From Octopus bimaculoides (lineage: Eukaryota): 64,000 nucleotides of DNA. This document shows positions 25,244 to 38,030 of the stretch, in pieces. A program made the position numbers and the translations under genes. Below the pieces are notes generated by a model. The model saw only the letters and a program-made list of their open reading frames with translations. It had not been told where the DNA came from and did not search any database. The stretch lies in assembly GCF_001194135.2 (NCBI RefSeq), contig NC_068981.1:147453314-147517313 (forward strand), given 5' to 3'. The first letter of the stretch is position 1; every line of letters begins with the position of its first letter.

Positions 25244-28200
25244 CACAAAAGATTAGTAATACACAGGGGTAAAAATCAGCTGCTATATCTCTTATCTTTC
25301 TGAATGAAGAATACTGTATAAAAGCAGTATATATTATCAAGAAATCAAATTTCATGCAATTAGTCTTGGATATCTTTCCTTTTCTTTTACTTGTTTCAGC
25401 CATAGAACTGTGGCCATTCTAGGGCACCATCTTGAAGGGTTTTAGCCGAATTCAGTATGTATGTTTTAAGTTTGGTACTTATTCTATCAGTCTCCCTTGC
25501 TGAACCACTAAGTTTTAGGGGATGTAAACAAACCAGCACCAGTTGTCATGTGGTAGTGGGGGAACAGACACACACACATATACATACAGTCTACCAAATT
25601 CACTCACAAGACATTGGTCAGCTCAGTGCTATGGTATAAGAAACTTGTCCAAGGTGCCATGTGGTGGGATTGAACCTGAAACAATGTGGTCACAAAGCAA
25701 GTTAGTCAGGAAATAGTACATAGACATTCATTGTAAGACAAATTTTGTGGGCAAAAAACTTTTGTATGGTTTAGGATTTATGTTGTTGCTTAGCACCAGG
25801 CCAGCCCTAATTGAGCAGGCACTCCATCTGTGACCATCCCATCTTTTTTTTTTATATTAGAGTATTTAGGATTCTATTATGCTATGTAAAAATCCTTTTT
25901 AACTCTAGGGAGTAATTTGAGGTAGATTTACCTTTTACTTCCATTAGGTCAAGTGACTATATCGGTCTCCTTGTTGGGTTGTGTTTCCATACATACTGTT
26001 GACCATGTGTTTATATTTGCGGTAGCAACCATTAGTGTGTAATGAGCCATGTTTAACAAAGTAAAACATCTTGAAACATGATAAATTGATTGATTGTTTG
26101 AATATCCCATTTCTCAGCGCAAATTATAGCAAAAGGGGTGGGGAGTCTTTTCCTGGTTACATACAAACCTAAAGGTTTTACACCTAAATACATACATGTG
26201 TATGTGTGTGCATGTGTAGATGTTTTATACACAGAAAATACTTTAAATACTTTCCCAACAGAACAATTTACAATTCTTTCTGTATCTTTGGGTCGTAAAA
26301 TTTATCTAAAAAATATTTACATAATTGTTCAAGAGACAGCAACAGGAAAAGAGGGAGAGACAGAGCAAAAGTGAGCAAGTGTGTGGTTGTGCGTGTGTGT
26401 GTGCATACATGCATGTGGGTATGCAAGATATCCTTTGTCAATTTTTCATGGATAAACCTTTGGTGAAGCAATAACTATTTAAACACATCAGAATGACCCT
26501 CAAATCCAGCCCCCTGAATATGGCCCACTTTAGTATCCTGTGGTACTATAGTACTGACCAGATAAAAGGCACATTTTCATCTAGTTTACTGCCTAGTTGT
26601 TATGAAAAGTTTGAAGGCTAAGTGATAATTCTTTTGAAGGCAAGCGTCTATGGGACCTATATGGGTAATATGAAACAGAATAAATTAAGTAGGTTTTAGG
26701 TTTGTTTGGCTAAGATATGAGAGAGAATGAAATTAGAATGGACTGTTGTTTTTTTTTACATGTTTGTAGTTTAGCCTCAGGTCAGATGAAACTGAGCAGA
26801 CCTATGACTAAAGGCATTCCAGCCATGATGAGTGTGTCCTCCTCTTAGGTATTGCATATATAGGATTACATCATGTTATGTGTCCTACCTTTTGTAACAT
26901 AGGGAGTATTTTGAGGGAGACTTGATTGCTATTTCTATTCCCGCAATGGCTTAACAGTTATTGCACCAAGATGCTAGCAAATACATCTAGTTGTCGGGTC
27001 ATGCATCAGATGGAATAAACAGCAGTTATTGAAGATCAGATGTTTCAACAGCTAAATAATGTCCATTGTAGCACTAACGACTGTGAATAAATATAAATGG
27101 CAGTATTTTAATATCTGTTTCAAGAAGAAAAAAAATTAATCCTATGACCAATTGCTCAGTCGATCGTTGCAGTGATGACTATTACTCCATCATCATCACA
27201 TTCACCACCAATGTTAACCACCACCACCGCCACCAACACCACAAGTATGTTTCACTTTTTAATAATTACAAACTGAAGGTGTGATTTGAAATTTTCAGTT
27301 TAAAAAAAAAGGAAAAGAAAGATGCAAATGAATATCAAAACATTTTCAACAGTAACAACTCATGCACATCGATTAAAAGTTTATAGCATGAATATATTTA
27401 ATTCTAATTATATACAACTGAAATCCATTAATCTATGGAAAGAANNNNNNNNNNNNNNNNNNNNNNNNNNNNNNNNNNNNNNNNNNNNNNNNNNNNNNNN
27501 NNNNNNNNNNNNNNNNNNNNNNNNNNNNNNNNNNNNNNNNNNNNNNNNNNNNNNNNNNATATATTTAATTCTAATTATATACAACTGAAATCCATTAATC
27601 TATGGAAAGAAAAAAAATAAAACTAGCAGGAAAAGAAGCAAGAAATTTTAAAGCAAGAGAACTGATGATGCTGGGAGTGTTCCGACAGCAGAGAAACCTG
27701 AATCTTTAAACATAAAAGACCTAACATGTTTACGCATATGCACATGCACACAAATACACATACCACACATAATCACAAGATTACAATATGGGTTATGAAT
27801 GAATATTTAAAGTCACATCTATAGATGATGAAGATGATGACAGCTATGCATTTAATAAAAATACATTTAATCTCATAAAAGTAAGTCTGAAGGTTAAATC
27901 TTAGGGCTTTAGTAGATTGAAACAGAGACTGAACCTTCATTAAAGACTTGTCATAGATTGCTTTACCTCTGTCTTCCAAACTCCAGAAATAGCAGAGAAT
28001 TACTTAGAAGTAAAAAAAAAAAGTAAATCAGGCATAACAAAATTTACATAACGATACAAGATTGTTGTCCAGACATTAATAACAAGAATATCAATAAAGC
28101 ATCATAAACTCTTTCACAAGACAAATATCAACATCCTTTTTACACCCACTATCCATGCTGACATGGGTTAGACAGCATATGAACACTGGACAACTTGGTT

Positions 28201-28387
28201 TACACACACACACACACAAGAATAGAAGCTGACAATTTCACTTCAGAGAAACATGCTACAAATTACAGAGAGAAAAGTAGAGTAGAAAAATAGATATATC
28301 AATAGAGTGAGAGAGAAAGAAAACAGAGAGAGTGAAACAGTTTCATACTTTTATTAATATTTAATACAACAAATGACCATAACCTTT

Positions 28388-28640
28388 TTATCTTTTACTT
28401 GTTTCAGCCACTGGTCTGTGGCCATGCAGGGGCACCACCTTGAAGGATTTAGTCAAACAAATCGACTTATTTTCTTAAAGTCTGGTACTTATCCTATTGA
28501 TCTCTTTTGCCAAATCATGAAGTAACAGGTACATAAACAAACAAATACCAGTTGTGTGTGTGTGGTGTGTGTGTGCTTGTGACACAAACACACACACACA
28601 TACATATGTGGCAGGCTTCCACTCAGTTTCCATCTACCAA
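28388..28640 (-). mobile_element. SINE family A copy
   Basis: TTTTACTTGTTTCAGCC...GGCCATGCAGGGGCACCACC reverse tail. Confidence 0.8.
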
Positions 28641-28934
28641 ATTCACTCCAACTTCATTTGTAAGGTAAAACTTGTAATGAAAAGAGTGAAATAAGAAAAT
28701 GATTTTTGTACTTCCTCTAAATATTTTTATATTTAAACATTTCAACAACAAATGCACAGTATTGACTGGTCAAACCCTGATGAGAAGTGGGGAGTGGGAG
28801 ACAAAAAAATGGTAAAACATCTGCTACACTGTTACTACCTAATTTCCCTGGTGGCAGAATGTAACTGAAACACCCGAGGAAGGTTTTTCTGCTGCATCCT
28901 ACCAACCTGTATAATGTCACAGTAAGAGAAAGGA

Positions 28935-29140
28935 CAGCAATTTGTCAGAATTGCTGAAGTGTTGGACAAAATGCCTTACTGTATTTAACTGCAAACTATT
29001 ATATTCAGAATTTAAATCCCACCATTTTGTCTATTACCCTTCAAGGGTTGATAAATACTGGGGTCAATTTAATCTGCTACACTCTCCTCCAAAAGATTGT
29101 AGCCTTGTATCAATGCTAGAAATCAATATTATGTTACATT
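28935..29140 (+). mobile_element. SINE family B copy (old)
   Basis: Diverged match to 49330-49543 (GTCTATTACCCTTCAAGGGTTGATAAATACTGGGGTC). Confidence 0.65.
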
Positions 29141-30059
29141 AAGCAATTTTGATAGCAATATCAATCAAACCTTTATAAAAAGTTTACGCCACATGTATAT
29201 TATATATACACTCATATGTGTATGTGTGTGTATAAATAGTATCAAATGAAAATGTGGCTACTATAGCTCAGAAAGACAATAGAATAGAAAACATTAGATT
29301 ATCATCTAGTAACAAATCTTAGTAGCAGTGGTAGCGGAGATGATGGTGGCTATAGGTACAGCATTGTAATGCATTATAGGAGTTGTGGTAATGATGGTAA
29401 CATGAATGTAGAAAGAGTTCTAACTGGTGGCAGTAGTATCTTTAAAATAGCTGTGGTAATGGACAACGGTCGCGGCAGCAGAACATTTCAGCATCACTTT
29501 AGTAGCAACGGTATTTGTAGTTGAGGCAACAGTAATAGCAGTGGTGGTATAAGTAGCAGCAGATGTATAGTCTCGATCAGTCGCAGGCTTGATTAATACA
29601 AACAACTTATTGATTTCAAAACAACTTCCTCCCACCTGGCATTCTTGAAGAAAAATTTAAATTACATTCCCCCTGCTTTAAAAATAAATAAAACAGAAAT
29701 ATTAATCACTTTTGATTTGATTTCAGTTTTAAAATCCACAGGAATTCAAAAGAAATCAAATTACTGAAGCTAAAACCTTCCTTAGAGGCTGGAACCCATA
29801 CTGTGCCTGATGTGTATCAACAAAATGGGATTAGACTTGAACAAGACAGCCTCTAAGTGGCCACTCAGATTAGCAGAAATAGCAGCTAAATCTATATCAT
29901 AAAAACAAGACACATAGGCTAATGCTGTCCTATGTATGCTTATTTGAATAATAAAACACAATAGTCATGGTTGGAACACCTTTGATCATAGGCTTGCTTT
30001 ATTGAAGCTGAACTGGACAGAAGAATGATAAAAAAAGTTGGCAATTTAAATTGATAATC

Positions 30060-30215
30060 ACAAGCAGTCTCAGTGGAAGGAACCTGTAGAAGGGGAAGAA
30101 TTGGTGAAGGTTCAGATCTAAGAATGCTGGACTTTATGAAGGAGGTGACAAGGGTGTGCAATAAGTGGCAAGATACTGTGCTGGAGAGAACCAATCTAAC
30201 TAATGCAAGCAGGGG
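30060..30215 (+). pseudogene. RTE LINE 3' terminal fragment
   Basis: VEGTCRRGR... followed by GATACTGTGCTGGAGAGAACC, paralleling the end of the 44350-46480 element. Confidence 0.55.
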
Positions 30216-30544
30216 GGGGGGCAGTGATAAAATGAGGATTGCTCACAAAAACCCTAGCAAATACAAAAGTATACTGTCACAACAGCTGTCAAATAATGGA
30301 TACTATCAGTGAGTGAAGTGGTGCAAGACCCTTTGCTATGTTTATTTTCATTAAGGTTTATACAAAACAAACCTTTGAAAAATGCTTCATTTTAAAAACT
30401 TCATGGAATAATACTAGTACAAAGAGAGATAGAGTTAAGAGAAATGACATATTTCACACAAGACAGTTATATGAGCCAATAACCTGGTATGTGATATAAT
30501 AAGGAGACAATCCAGTGAAATAGAGAAAATTTAAAAAAATAATC

Positions 30545-30930
30545 ATTGAGGGTGTGTATGTGTGTGTCTGTGTGATACAAAGTTTACTTCCAAACCACAT
30601 GATCCTGCTGCATGGCATCTTAAGTAAGTGTCTTCTACTACAGCCTTGGACTAACCAGAGCCTCATGAGTGGATTTGGTAGATGGAAACTGAACGAAGCC
30701 CCTGTCTTGACATTGTGTGATAATTTAGTGTCACTGTCATGCAACAGTGTCCTTCATTTCCAATCTTCTGTGAAAACATATCTGTCCAGGAGGAAATATT
30801 ACTGCACTTGAAAACAGGAAGGTTGGCAACAGAAGGTACATACAGCCATAGAGAAATTCATATCAACAAATTCCAAGCAATCTATGCAATCATGGAAAAG
30901 CGATTGTTAAAACGATGATGATGATGATAA
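30545..30930 (+). mobile_element. Composite SINE: family A tRNA head joined to RTE-type tail
   Basis: Head ...AAGTGTCTTCTACTACAGCC...GGATTTGGTAGATGGAAACTG, then GGAAGGTTGGCAACAGAAGG...(GAT)n. Confidence 0.8.
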
Positions 30931-32329
30931 TATAGGCTCTTGAAATTTGAATAAGTGTATGAATCATTAGAGCAAGTTGCTTTTCTTAAGGGCAACCAGT
31001 CAACTATAAACTGGACACAATCTTAGTTTCAGTTTACCTGGCTAGAGTATATGGAATAATCAGCCTTGCAGAAAGAATAATGCTATGTCAACAACAAAGG
31101 AAAACTATATCATGTATTATTATTCTAAGATTAACAACAGATACCTGCATACAGTTTCTCAAATGAAATTAATACAATGCATCAATTATGCATTTTAACC
31201 TCAAGCCAACCTTAATCCAGCAACCTTATAATTAAAGATGTTCCAGTTATGATCAACCAGTCTTATTTTTTTGTTTTAGACTATCTATCTAGGACTAACT
31301 AATCCTATATCTCCTTTTATAAAACAAGATGTGATTTAACTGCCATTTCTTGTGCATTAGTTAAAAGGTTTGAAGTATGTAACATTAGGGAAACCTTTAA
31401 GAATGGTAAATTTCTTAAAATATCTTTGGATAAACTTATGCAGAATAAATAATGAAATCAAATGTTTCCAAGGTTATTAGTTTTGTATCATCTACTCTAA
31501 ATAAAGTAATTTTATTCATTAAATCCAGACAATTATTATTGATCATCATAGCTGTCAGTAGGCTGTAGTGAAATGATAACAATCTCCAATTTTCAGCAAA
31601 ATTTATTTCTATAGGAATAATTAACTAATAGTCTTCTGCTGGGGTGGTATAGTTTCAACAATACCTTATTCTACATTTGGATCAATTGAGGAGGAATAGC
31701 TAAAACAACTCCTGTGGTTATGGTAAAGTGACAAATGCCATTATTAAGTAACAAATTAAAAGCAAACAGTATTAGCTGGCCAAATAAAAAGAACTCTTGC
31801 AATAGTTGCTAGACAAGATGAGTATTGTTTGGCTAAATGGGAAGATCAAATTAGTGTCAATCAAAATTTGCAGCTAAAACAGATACACAGAAATAGCTAA
31901 TTGCTTTGACTTCTAAACTATTCAAAATTCTCACTATGAATAATAAATAAATAAAACCAGAGGTATGTGGCTACAATAATAATAATTTTTTTAGGCAAAT
32001 ATACTCAATAACTTATCCTAGTAGATATTTTATGCCCTTCAAAGGCAAAATTTACTTCACCAAGATTACAATTTAGATCATAAATATGGCTCTGTGCAGC
32101 AAGAAGCCTGGTTCCCAACAATATGGTTCCAGGTTCAGTCCCATTGTATGACACCTTAGGCAAGTGTCTTCTACCAGAACCTTGGGCCAACAAGATGATT
32201 CAATGACAACAAGAACAGCTTCACAAAGGTCTCAAAGAGAGCATGAAAATCCCAACTCCTCACCCTCATCTAATAGTATAAAGCTAAATCTCTAAAAAAA
32301 AAAAAGAAGTTTATTGCAAAGTCTAGAAG

Positions 32330-32374
<45 letters not shown>

Positions 32375-32408
32375 NNNNNNNNNNNNNNNNNNNNNNNNNN
32401 NNNNNNNN

Positions 32409-32444
<36 letters not shown>

Positions 32445-32447
<3 letters not shown>

Positions 32448-32935
32448 TTCTGCAGTTAAGAAGTTTGCTTAGCAACCATGTGGTTTTGGGTTTAGTTCCA
32501 CTGCATGTCACATTGGACAAATATCTTCTACTATAGCCTCAGGCTGACCAGTGGCTTGTGAGAGAATGTGGTAAACAGAAATTGTATGGGAGTTCATCAT
32601 ATATATATATGTATATATATAAAATCATCATCATAATCATTTAAAATCTATCTTCCATGCTGGCATGAATTGGATGACGGAAGGTGGTAAGCCAGAGGAC
32701 TGCGCCAAGCTCCACTGTCTACTTTGGTGATGGCTGAATGTCCTTCCATGTGTGTATAACCCACACACACTACTTGATAATCGTGGCAGTTTATTTATGT
32801 CCCCATAACTTGGCAGTTCAGCAAAAGAGACCAAGTAAGTGTTAGACTTGAAAAGAAAAACGTTCTGGAGTTGATTTCTTTGAATAAGCCCTTCAAGGCA
32901 GTGTCCCAGCATGGTCACAGTTCAATGGCTGAAAG
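32445..32935 (+). mobile_element. SINE family A copy with an inserted reverse family R fragment (about 32630-32720)
   Basis: Head at 32445-32590 and tail ending CAGCATGGTCACAG...GAAAG; CATCATCAT...CTTCCATGCTGGCATG lies in between. Confidence 0.7.
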
Positions 32936-33784
32936 GACACACACACACATACACATATATGCACACACGCACACACACACACACACACACTCACACACGA
33001 CAAACACCATCCATCAAAGCTTAATTTTTTTGTCAACAACAAATTACTGTTGAACATAAAAAACATCTCTTTTATATCATATAACAGTCTGATTCAAGTC
33101 TTTCAGCTGGCCTTATTTATATTACATTTATAGACATGACACTATATCACAAAAATGTCTACCATAACCAGAAGCCACTAAATTGATGAACCACCACATT
33201 TTATCAAAAACTTATCCATCATTCTGTTGTATTAATTATACAAAGTGTCAGACATAATAACAGCAATTAGTCCACGGATAACCAAGACTGCAGTCTTGTC
33301 TCAATCCATAGATGTAACCATTTTGATTCACTTAAAGTTATGGAAGCTAACATTTCCCTTTTTCCCTAGCCTTAAAAGAAAAAAAACTGTTTTTCAGTTC
33401 ATGCTTGCATCTGTAAAAACTATAGAGAATATAAAGTTTTTAAACTGTACAGTTAAATTTCAAACTGAACCCTACATTTCAATGAGAAATTGATAAGTTG
33501 AGGGATGGGCTATGCCAGGTTTAATACGCTCAAGATACCTTATGCTATGATTATATGCTTCTGAGTGATGGGCTCCACCAGGTTTAAAATGTCCAAGACA
33601 TGCCTTATGCTATGATTGGATGCAACTACATACAGACACAGAGTTTTGGAGTCCAAATGAGAGTTGAATGAATGAATATACACCAAAATCAGGGTGAACT
33701 CTTGTCTTCAAATAGGTATAGGTTTGGGTATATAAACAAGGAAAAGTACCCAAAGCATCTAAGTAGATTATTTATTCAGAAGAA

Positions 33785-34092
33785 GGCATGGCTGTGCAGT
33801 TAAGTTTGCTTTGAAACCATGATTTCAGGTTCAGTCCCACTGTACAGCACGTTGGACAAGTGTCTGGTCCATTATGTGTGTGTGTGCACATGTATCTTTG
33901 TTTCTCAACCCACAGCTTGACATAAGGTGTAGGTTTGATTAAATCCTTGTAACATGGCAGTTTGGTAGAAGAGACTGATGAAATAAATACCAGATTTAAA
34001 AACAGAAATAAATACTGGGGCCAATTTGTTCAACTAAACTTGTGTCCCAGCATGGCCACAGATCAATGACTTAAACAAGTCAAAGATAAAAG
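33785..34092 (+). mobile_element. SINE family A copy
   Basis: TGGCTGTGCAG head, GGTTCAGTCCC box B, and AAACAAGTCAAAGATAAAAG end. Confidence 0.8.
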
Positions 34093-34143
34093 ATCCAAAA
34101 CCAATAATTCACTCAGTCACTTAGACTGAATCATCAGTCTAGA

Positions 34144-34192
<49 letters not shown>

Positions 34193-34194
<2 letters not shown>

Positions 34195-34569
34195 GTAGTA
34201 CCTCAGTTTTCAAGCAACTCTAATCACGAATATATCGTGCTTTCATCATCATCATCGTTTAACATCCGCTTTCCATGCTAGCATGGGTTGGATGATTTGA
34301 CTGAGGACTGGCAAGCCAGAAGGCTGCACCAGGCTCCAATCTGATCTGGCAGAGTTTCTACGGCTGGATGCCCTTCCTAACGCCAACCACTCTGAAAGTG
34401 TAGTGGGTGCTATTTACGGGCCACTAGTACGGGAGCCAAAGCACAATTTATTCATGATCAGAAGCGTTCATAAAGTGAGGTACTACTGTATTAAATGAAT
34501 ATCTGAAAGATAGGAGATAAAGTATGATTTATTCGTGATTAGCCTTGTTTGAAAATCAAGGTACTACTA
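34193..34569. mobile_element. TA-flanked Tc1/mariner(pogo)-type MITE arms enclosing a family R fragment
   Basis: TA|CAGTAGTACCTC left arm 34193-34243; inverted arms at 34438-34488 (GAGGTACTACTG|TA) and 34531-34569. Confidence 0.75.
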
Positions 34570-35616
34570 TATACATATATAATCCAATTGGTAGACTTCT
34601 GCATAGCTTCCATCTCTCTAGTTTGACTCAGGAGGATTGGACTGACTTGAAATTATGGTAAAAAAATACTAAGAAGTTCACAAACACACAGTCCCAGGAT
34701 TGATCCCACTGAATGGTATCTTGGGCAAGTACCTTTTACTATAGCTTCAAGTCAATCCAAGCTTTCTGAATGAAACTAGGTAGAAAGAAGCTGTACAGAA
34801 GTCTGTCAGTTGGATTACACCTGTAATTAAAAAGTTTAGCCTTAACATTATGCTGATTGTGCTCGAGTACTACATGAAGCATATCTGTAGACATTCAGCT
34901 GCTTATACACCAATTCAATGAGCAGGTACTTCTGTTCATCAAACAACTGGATGCTCATTATTGAAACCAACGAAGATCCAAATAATGAAGCAGAAACAAC
35001 ACATGCACATTTTAAGTTGAAAAATCTTATATCACCCACTGCTAGTGAAATTTTGTTGAATCCAATCTTCATGTAAATTATTTTAACTGATGACTACACC
35101 TAACAGGAAACTAAATACTAAACAACATAAGAGTCTGTATGTATGTAATCTGAAGAGTCTAAATGTCTAAACAGATTGCTCAATGCAGGCCTATTGTAAA
35201 GTATGTAGAGTTGCTGTTAATCTTTCAGCTCAGCTCTATGTTGACCAATGATTAAAGGCATTCAATTTACAGGAAACCATATTTTTTTTTTGTCTTTTTC
35301 TCCCAAATATAATGTATCTAAAAACCTCATCACCCAATATGTCTTCCTTTTGAGACAATAACAGTATGGTCTAAGGGAGATTTGGCACCTACTTTTAACA
35401 TCAATTTGTGTTACCAAAGTATATCCATTCTGCAGTTTCAGTGAGATACTTGCCTGACTACTTGTGTGACACCAACATGTGACTTTAAAAATATATAGCT
35501 GCATGCATATACACAAATATACATATTTTATTTGTTAACATTTTTCTATATCTAAAACATTTTTCTTCAACAATACTCCACAATTTTTTTATTTTTAACT
35601 TGAAAAGTTCCTTGTC

Positions 35617-35686
35617 ATTCAGAAACCTGAATGTAATTCAGAAACCTGAACATAATTCAGAAACCTGAACATAATTCAGAAACCTG
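35617..35686. repeat. 19-bp tandem repeat, about 3.7 copies
   Basis: ATTCAGAAACCTGAA(C/T)(A/G)TA units. Confidence 0.92.
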
Positions 35687-36599
35687 TCCTAAAATGCCTA
35701 AACTTGAATTTAAATTCCATTGCTACTATCACAAACTGGAATTTTTCCAAATTTCATATTATTCCATTATCTGACTACAGTAACTTATTTTTCTCCTTTC
35801 TAATTTGCATTAAAAAAAAAATACTAATAAACAGGAGTTAAAAATCTTAATGTGACCTTACATTAATAGCTAAATGACAGGTTTTCTAGTGTACTTAAGA
35901 AAGTTGATGAGTGAATCTAATCACCAACTCATGTGGAATTCAAGTCAGAAGAATGTCAACTGACTCACTGATTGTAGCTGGAGTAAACTAATTTGAATTC
36001 AAACAGTATGGTTGGGAGAAAATAGCTCTGAAGAACATTTTGCAAACTAACTACAGATTTAGTTAGTTCAGTTCTCACATATGTAACACAAGCAAACAAC
36101 GTAACTTAAATGACAAGTTGACCAAAATTTTTGGACAATGTAGACAGGGGTTTCTCTTCATTTTCATTGCATTTACCACCTAGCAACATTTTGAAAGCAA
36201 ATTTGCCCCTATTCTGTTGTTTTCAACCATTTTATACTTCTACTACAATATAACAACTAAGAAAAAGGAAATTTAAAATAATAATGTCTGAACTTAATGC
36301 TTAAAAACAGTAATGATAAAATAGCACAGAACACTGGTATGTCACTTATTTGCAAAGTAATGATAAACAGAGATACTGGAACTAAACAGTATAAAATAAA
36401 GTTAGTATTTTTTCACAGAATAGACCTACTTCAAATTTTCTTTTCAACTTAAGATTTACAAAAAAAAAAAAAAAAAAAAAAGTGAAAAGAAAAAAAGAAA
36501 GAAAGAAAGTAAGCACAAATCCCAAATCAACAAATTAACCCCCCTGGGTAAACAAAATTCACCCCTTGAGGGTAAGTGCCCCCACCACTCATTTTGAAA

Positions 36600-36900
36600 A
36601 TTCTTTCTCCTAACTATATCTTGATTTTCTACGACCTTGCAATCCAGAATACTTCATGTATCTGACCTTCTCATCTCAGAATCCTGGCAAACCTCCTGCT
36701 TCTCTTTGGGCTATGTACACTTGTGTAACTTCTCTCTTACCTATATTATATCTCTTTTTGCCACCTACTTTCTTCCAGTCTTTTCAAGTCTCTCTCTTCG
36801 CTTTTTATTACTCTATTTACAGTACTATTTTACCACTGTATTATCTTATGTGTTACTGGTACTTTGCCCCAGCCACAAAGCTGAGCTGTAACTTTCAGTA
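36600..36900 (-). pseudogene. RTE LINE internal fragment
   Basis: Reverse strand resembles 44400-44540 (…TACATAGCCCAAAGAGAAGCAGGAGGTTTGCC…ACATGAAGTATTCTGGATTGCAAGG). Confidence 0.55.
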
Positions 36901-37249
36901 GATTGTGTTTTTATGTTATATATAAACGATATAAACAAAATATACAAATGCACTCATCCTAACCATGCCAACATAGAAATGAGAAATTTAAGATTAAAGT
37001 AACCTAAAAATTGTAATAACTGTGGCTATAAATTGGTAAAGACATTACATATAAATAAATTAACTAATAATCAGTAATAAGTGCACTATAACAACTGGAC
37101 AGTAAATAACTAATATGACTGATTCTTGAGGTAAATGAATGGTCGAAACCTCAGAAGTACTTAGTATGATGGTCAGTGAGTTAGCAGACGGAATGACATT
37201 CCAGTTTCTCAGAGTGTGAAATGAGAAGGTTCTAGTACAATATCCTTTA

Positions 37250-37630
37250 TTCTTCTACTTGTTTCAGTCATGCAGTGGTACCATTTTGAAAGGTTTTAGT
37301 TGAATAAATCAATTCCAGTACTCATTGTTTAAAGTCTGGTACTAATCTTATCACTTTCTTTTGCCAAACAATTAAGTTATGGGGACAAAAACAAACAAAC
37401 ACCAGCTGTCAAGTGGTTACGATGGGAAACACAAACACAAAGGCACACACATGTTCACACATATATATATGATGGGCATCTTTCAGTTTCCTTCTACCAA
37501 GTCTTCTCACAAGGCTTTGATCGACCCAAAGCTACTGAAGAAGACACTTACTCAGGATGCCATACAGAGGGACTGAACCCTAAACCATGAAGTTGGGAAG
37601 CAAACTTCTTACCACACAGCGGTGCCTGCA
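37250..37630 (-). mobile_element. SINE family A copy
   Basis: Reverse match including GAAGACACTTACTCAGG...GGGACTGAACCC...CTTCTTACCACACAGC. Confidence 0.85.
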
Positions 37631-37859
37631 CCTGTTTGATAGTTTGAAAATGCTGATACCCAGTATAAGTGCTGGTAATCTCCTATATGAAGGTTAGGAA
37701 TATCAATCAAACAATTCATAAAGATCAGTATTCAACTAATTATTGAACCAATTTAATTCCTGATAATCTCACAACTGTGTATATTGAATTCATAAGGAAG
37801 AGTGCCATATTCAGAACACAGCATTTATAGATCAATCAAAATCCATAATTTATTCTCAG

Positions 37860-38030
37860 CGATTACCTCCATCTTTTCTAGTCAGCCAGCGTCATGTTTT
37901 CCATCAACTTCATCCTTGCCCACAGCCTAATGTTTCCCAACAAGCTGCTTTGTGGTCTTTCTAGACCTCTTTTACCAGATGCTTGTCCTTGCACTACAAT
38001 ATTTCCATAGTGTGTTGCATAACCAAACCC
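37860..38030 (-). pseudogene. RTE/BovB-like LINE 3' fragment
   Basis: Translates to YGNIVVQGQASGKRGLERPQSSLLGNIRLW, matching the QG.V.GKR.RGRP...W.DNI..W pattern. Confidence 0.65.

Noticed and set aside
27390-27610. Identical roughly 50-bp sequence on both sides of the N gap
   Set aside because: Typical unmerged contig overlap, not a real tandem repeat.
29300-29640. Thr/Ala-rich (mucin-like) ORF
   Set aside because: Degenerate (TAG/CAG/TGG)n triplet repeat without splice signals.
35617-35686. CRISPR-like palindromic repeat
   Set aside because: No spacers, eukaryotic context and no cas genes; kept only as a minisatellite.
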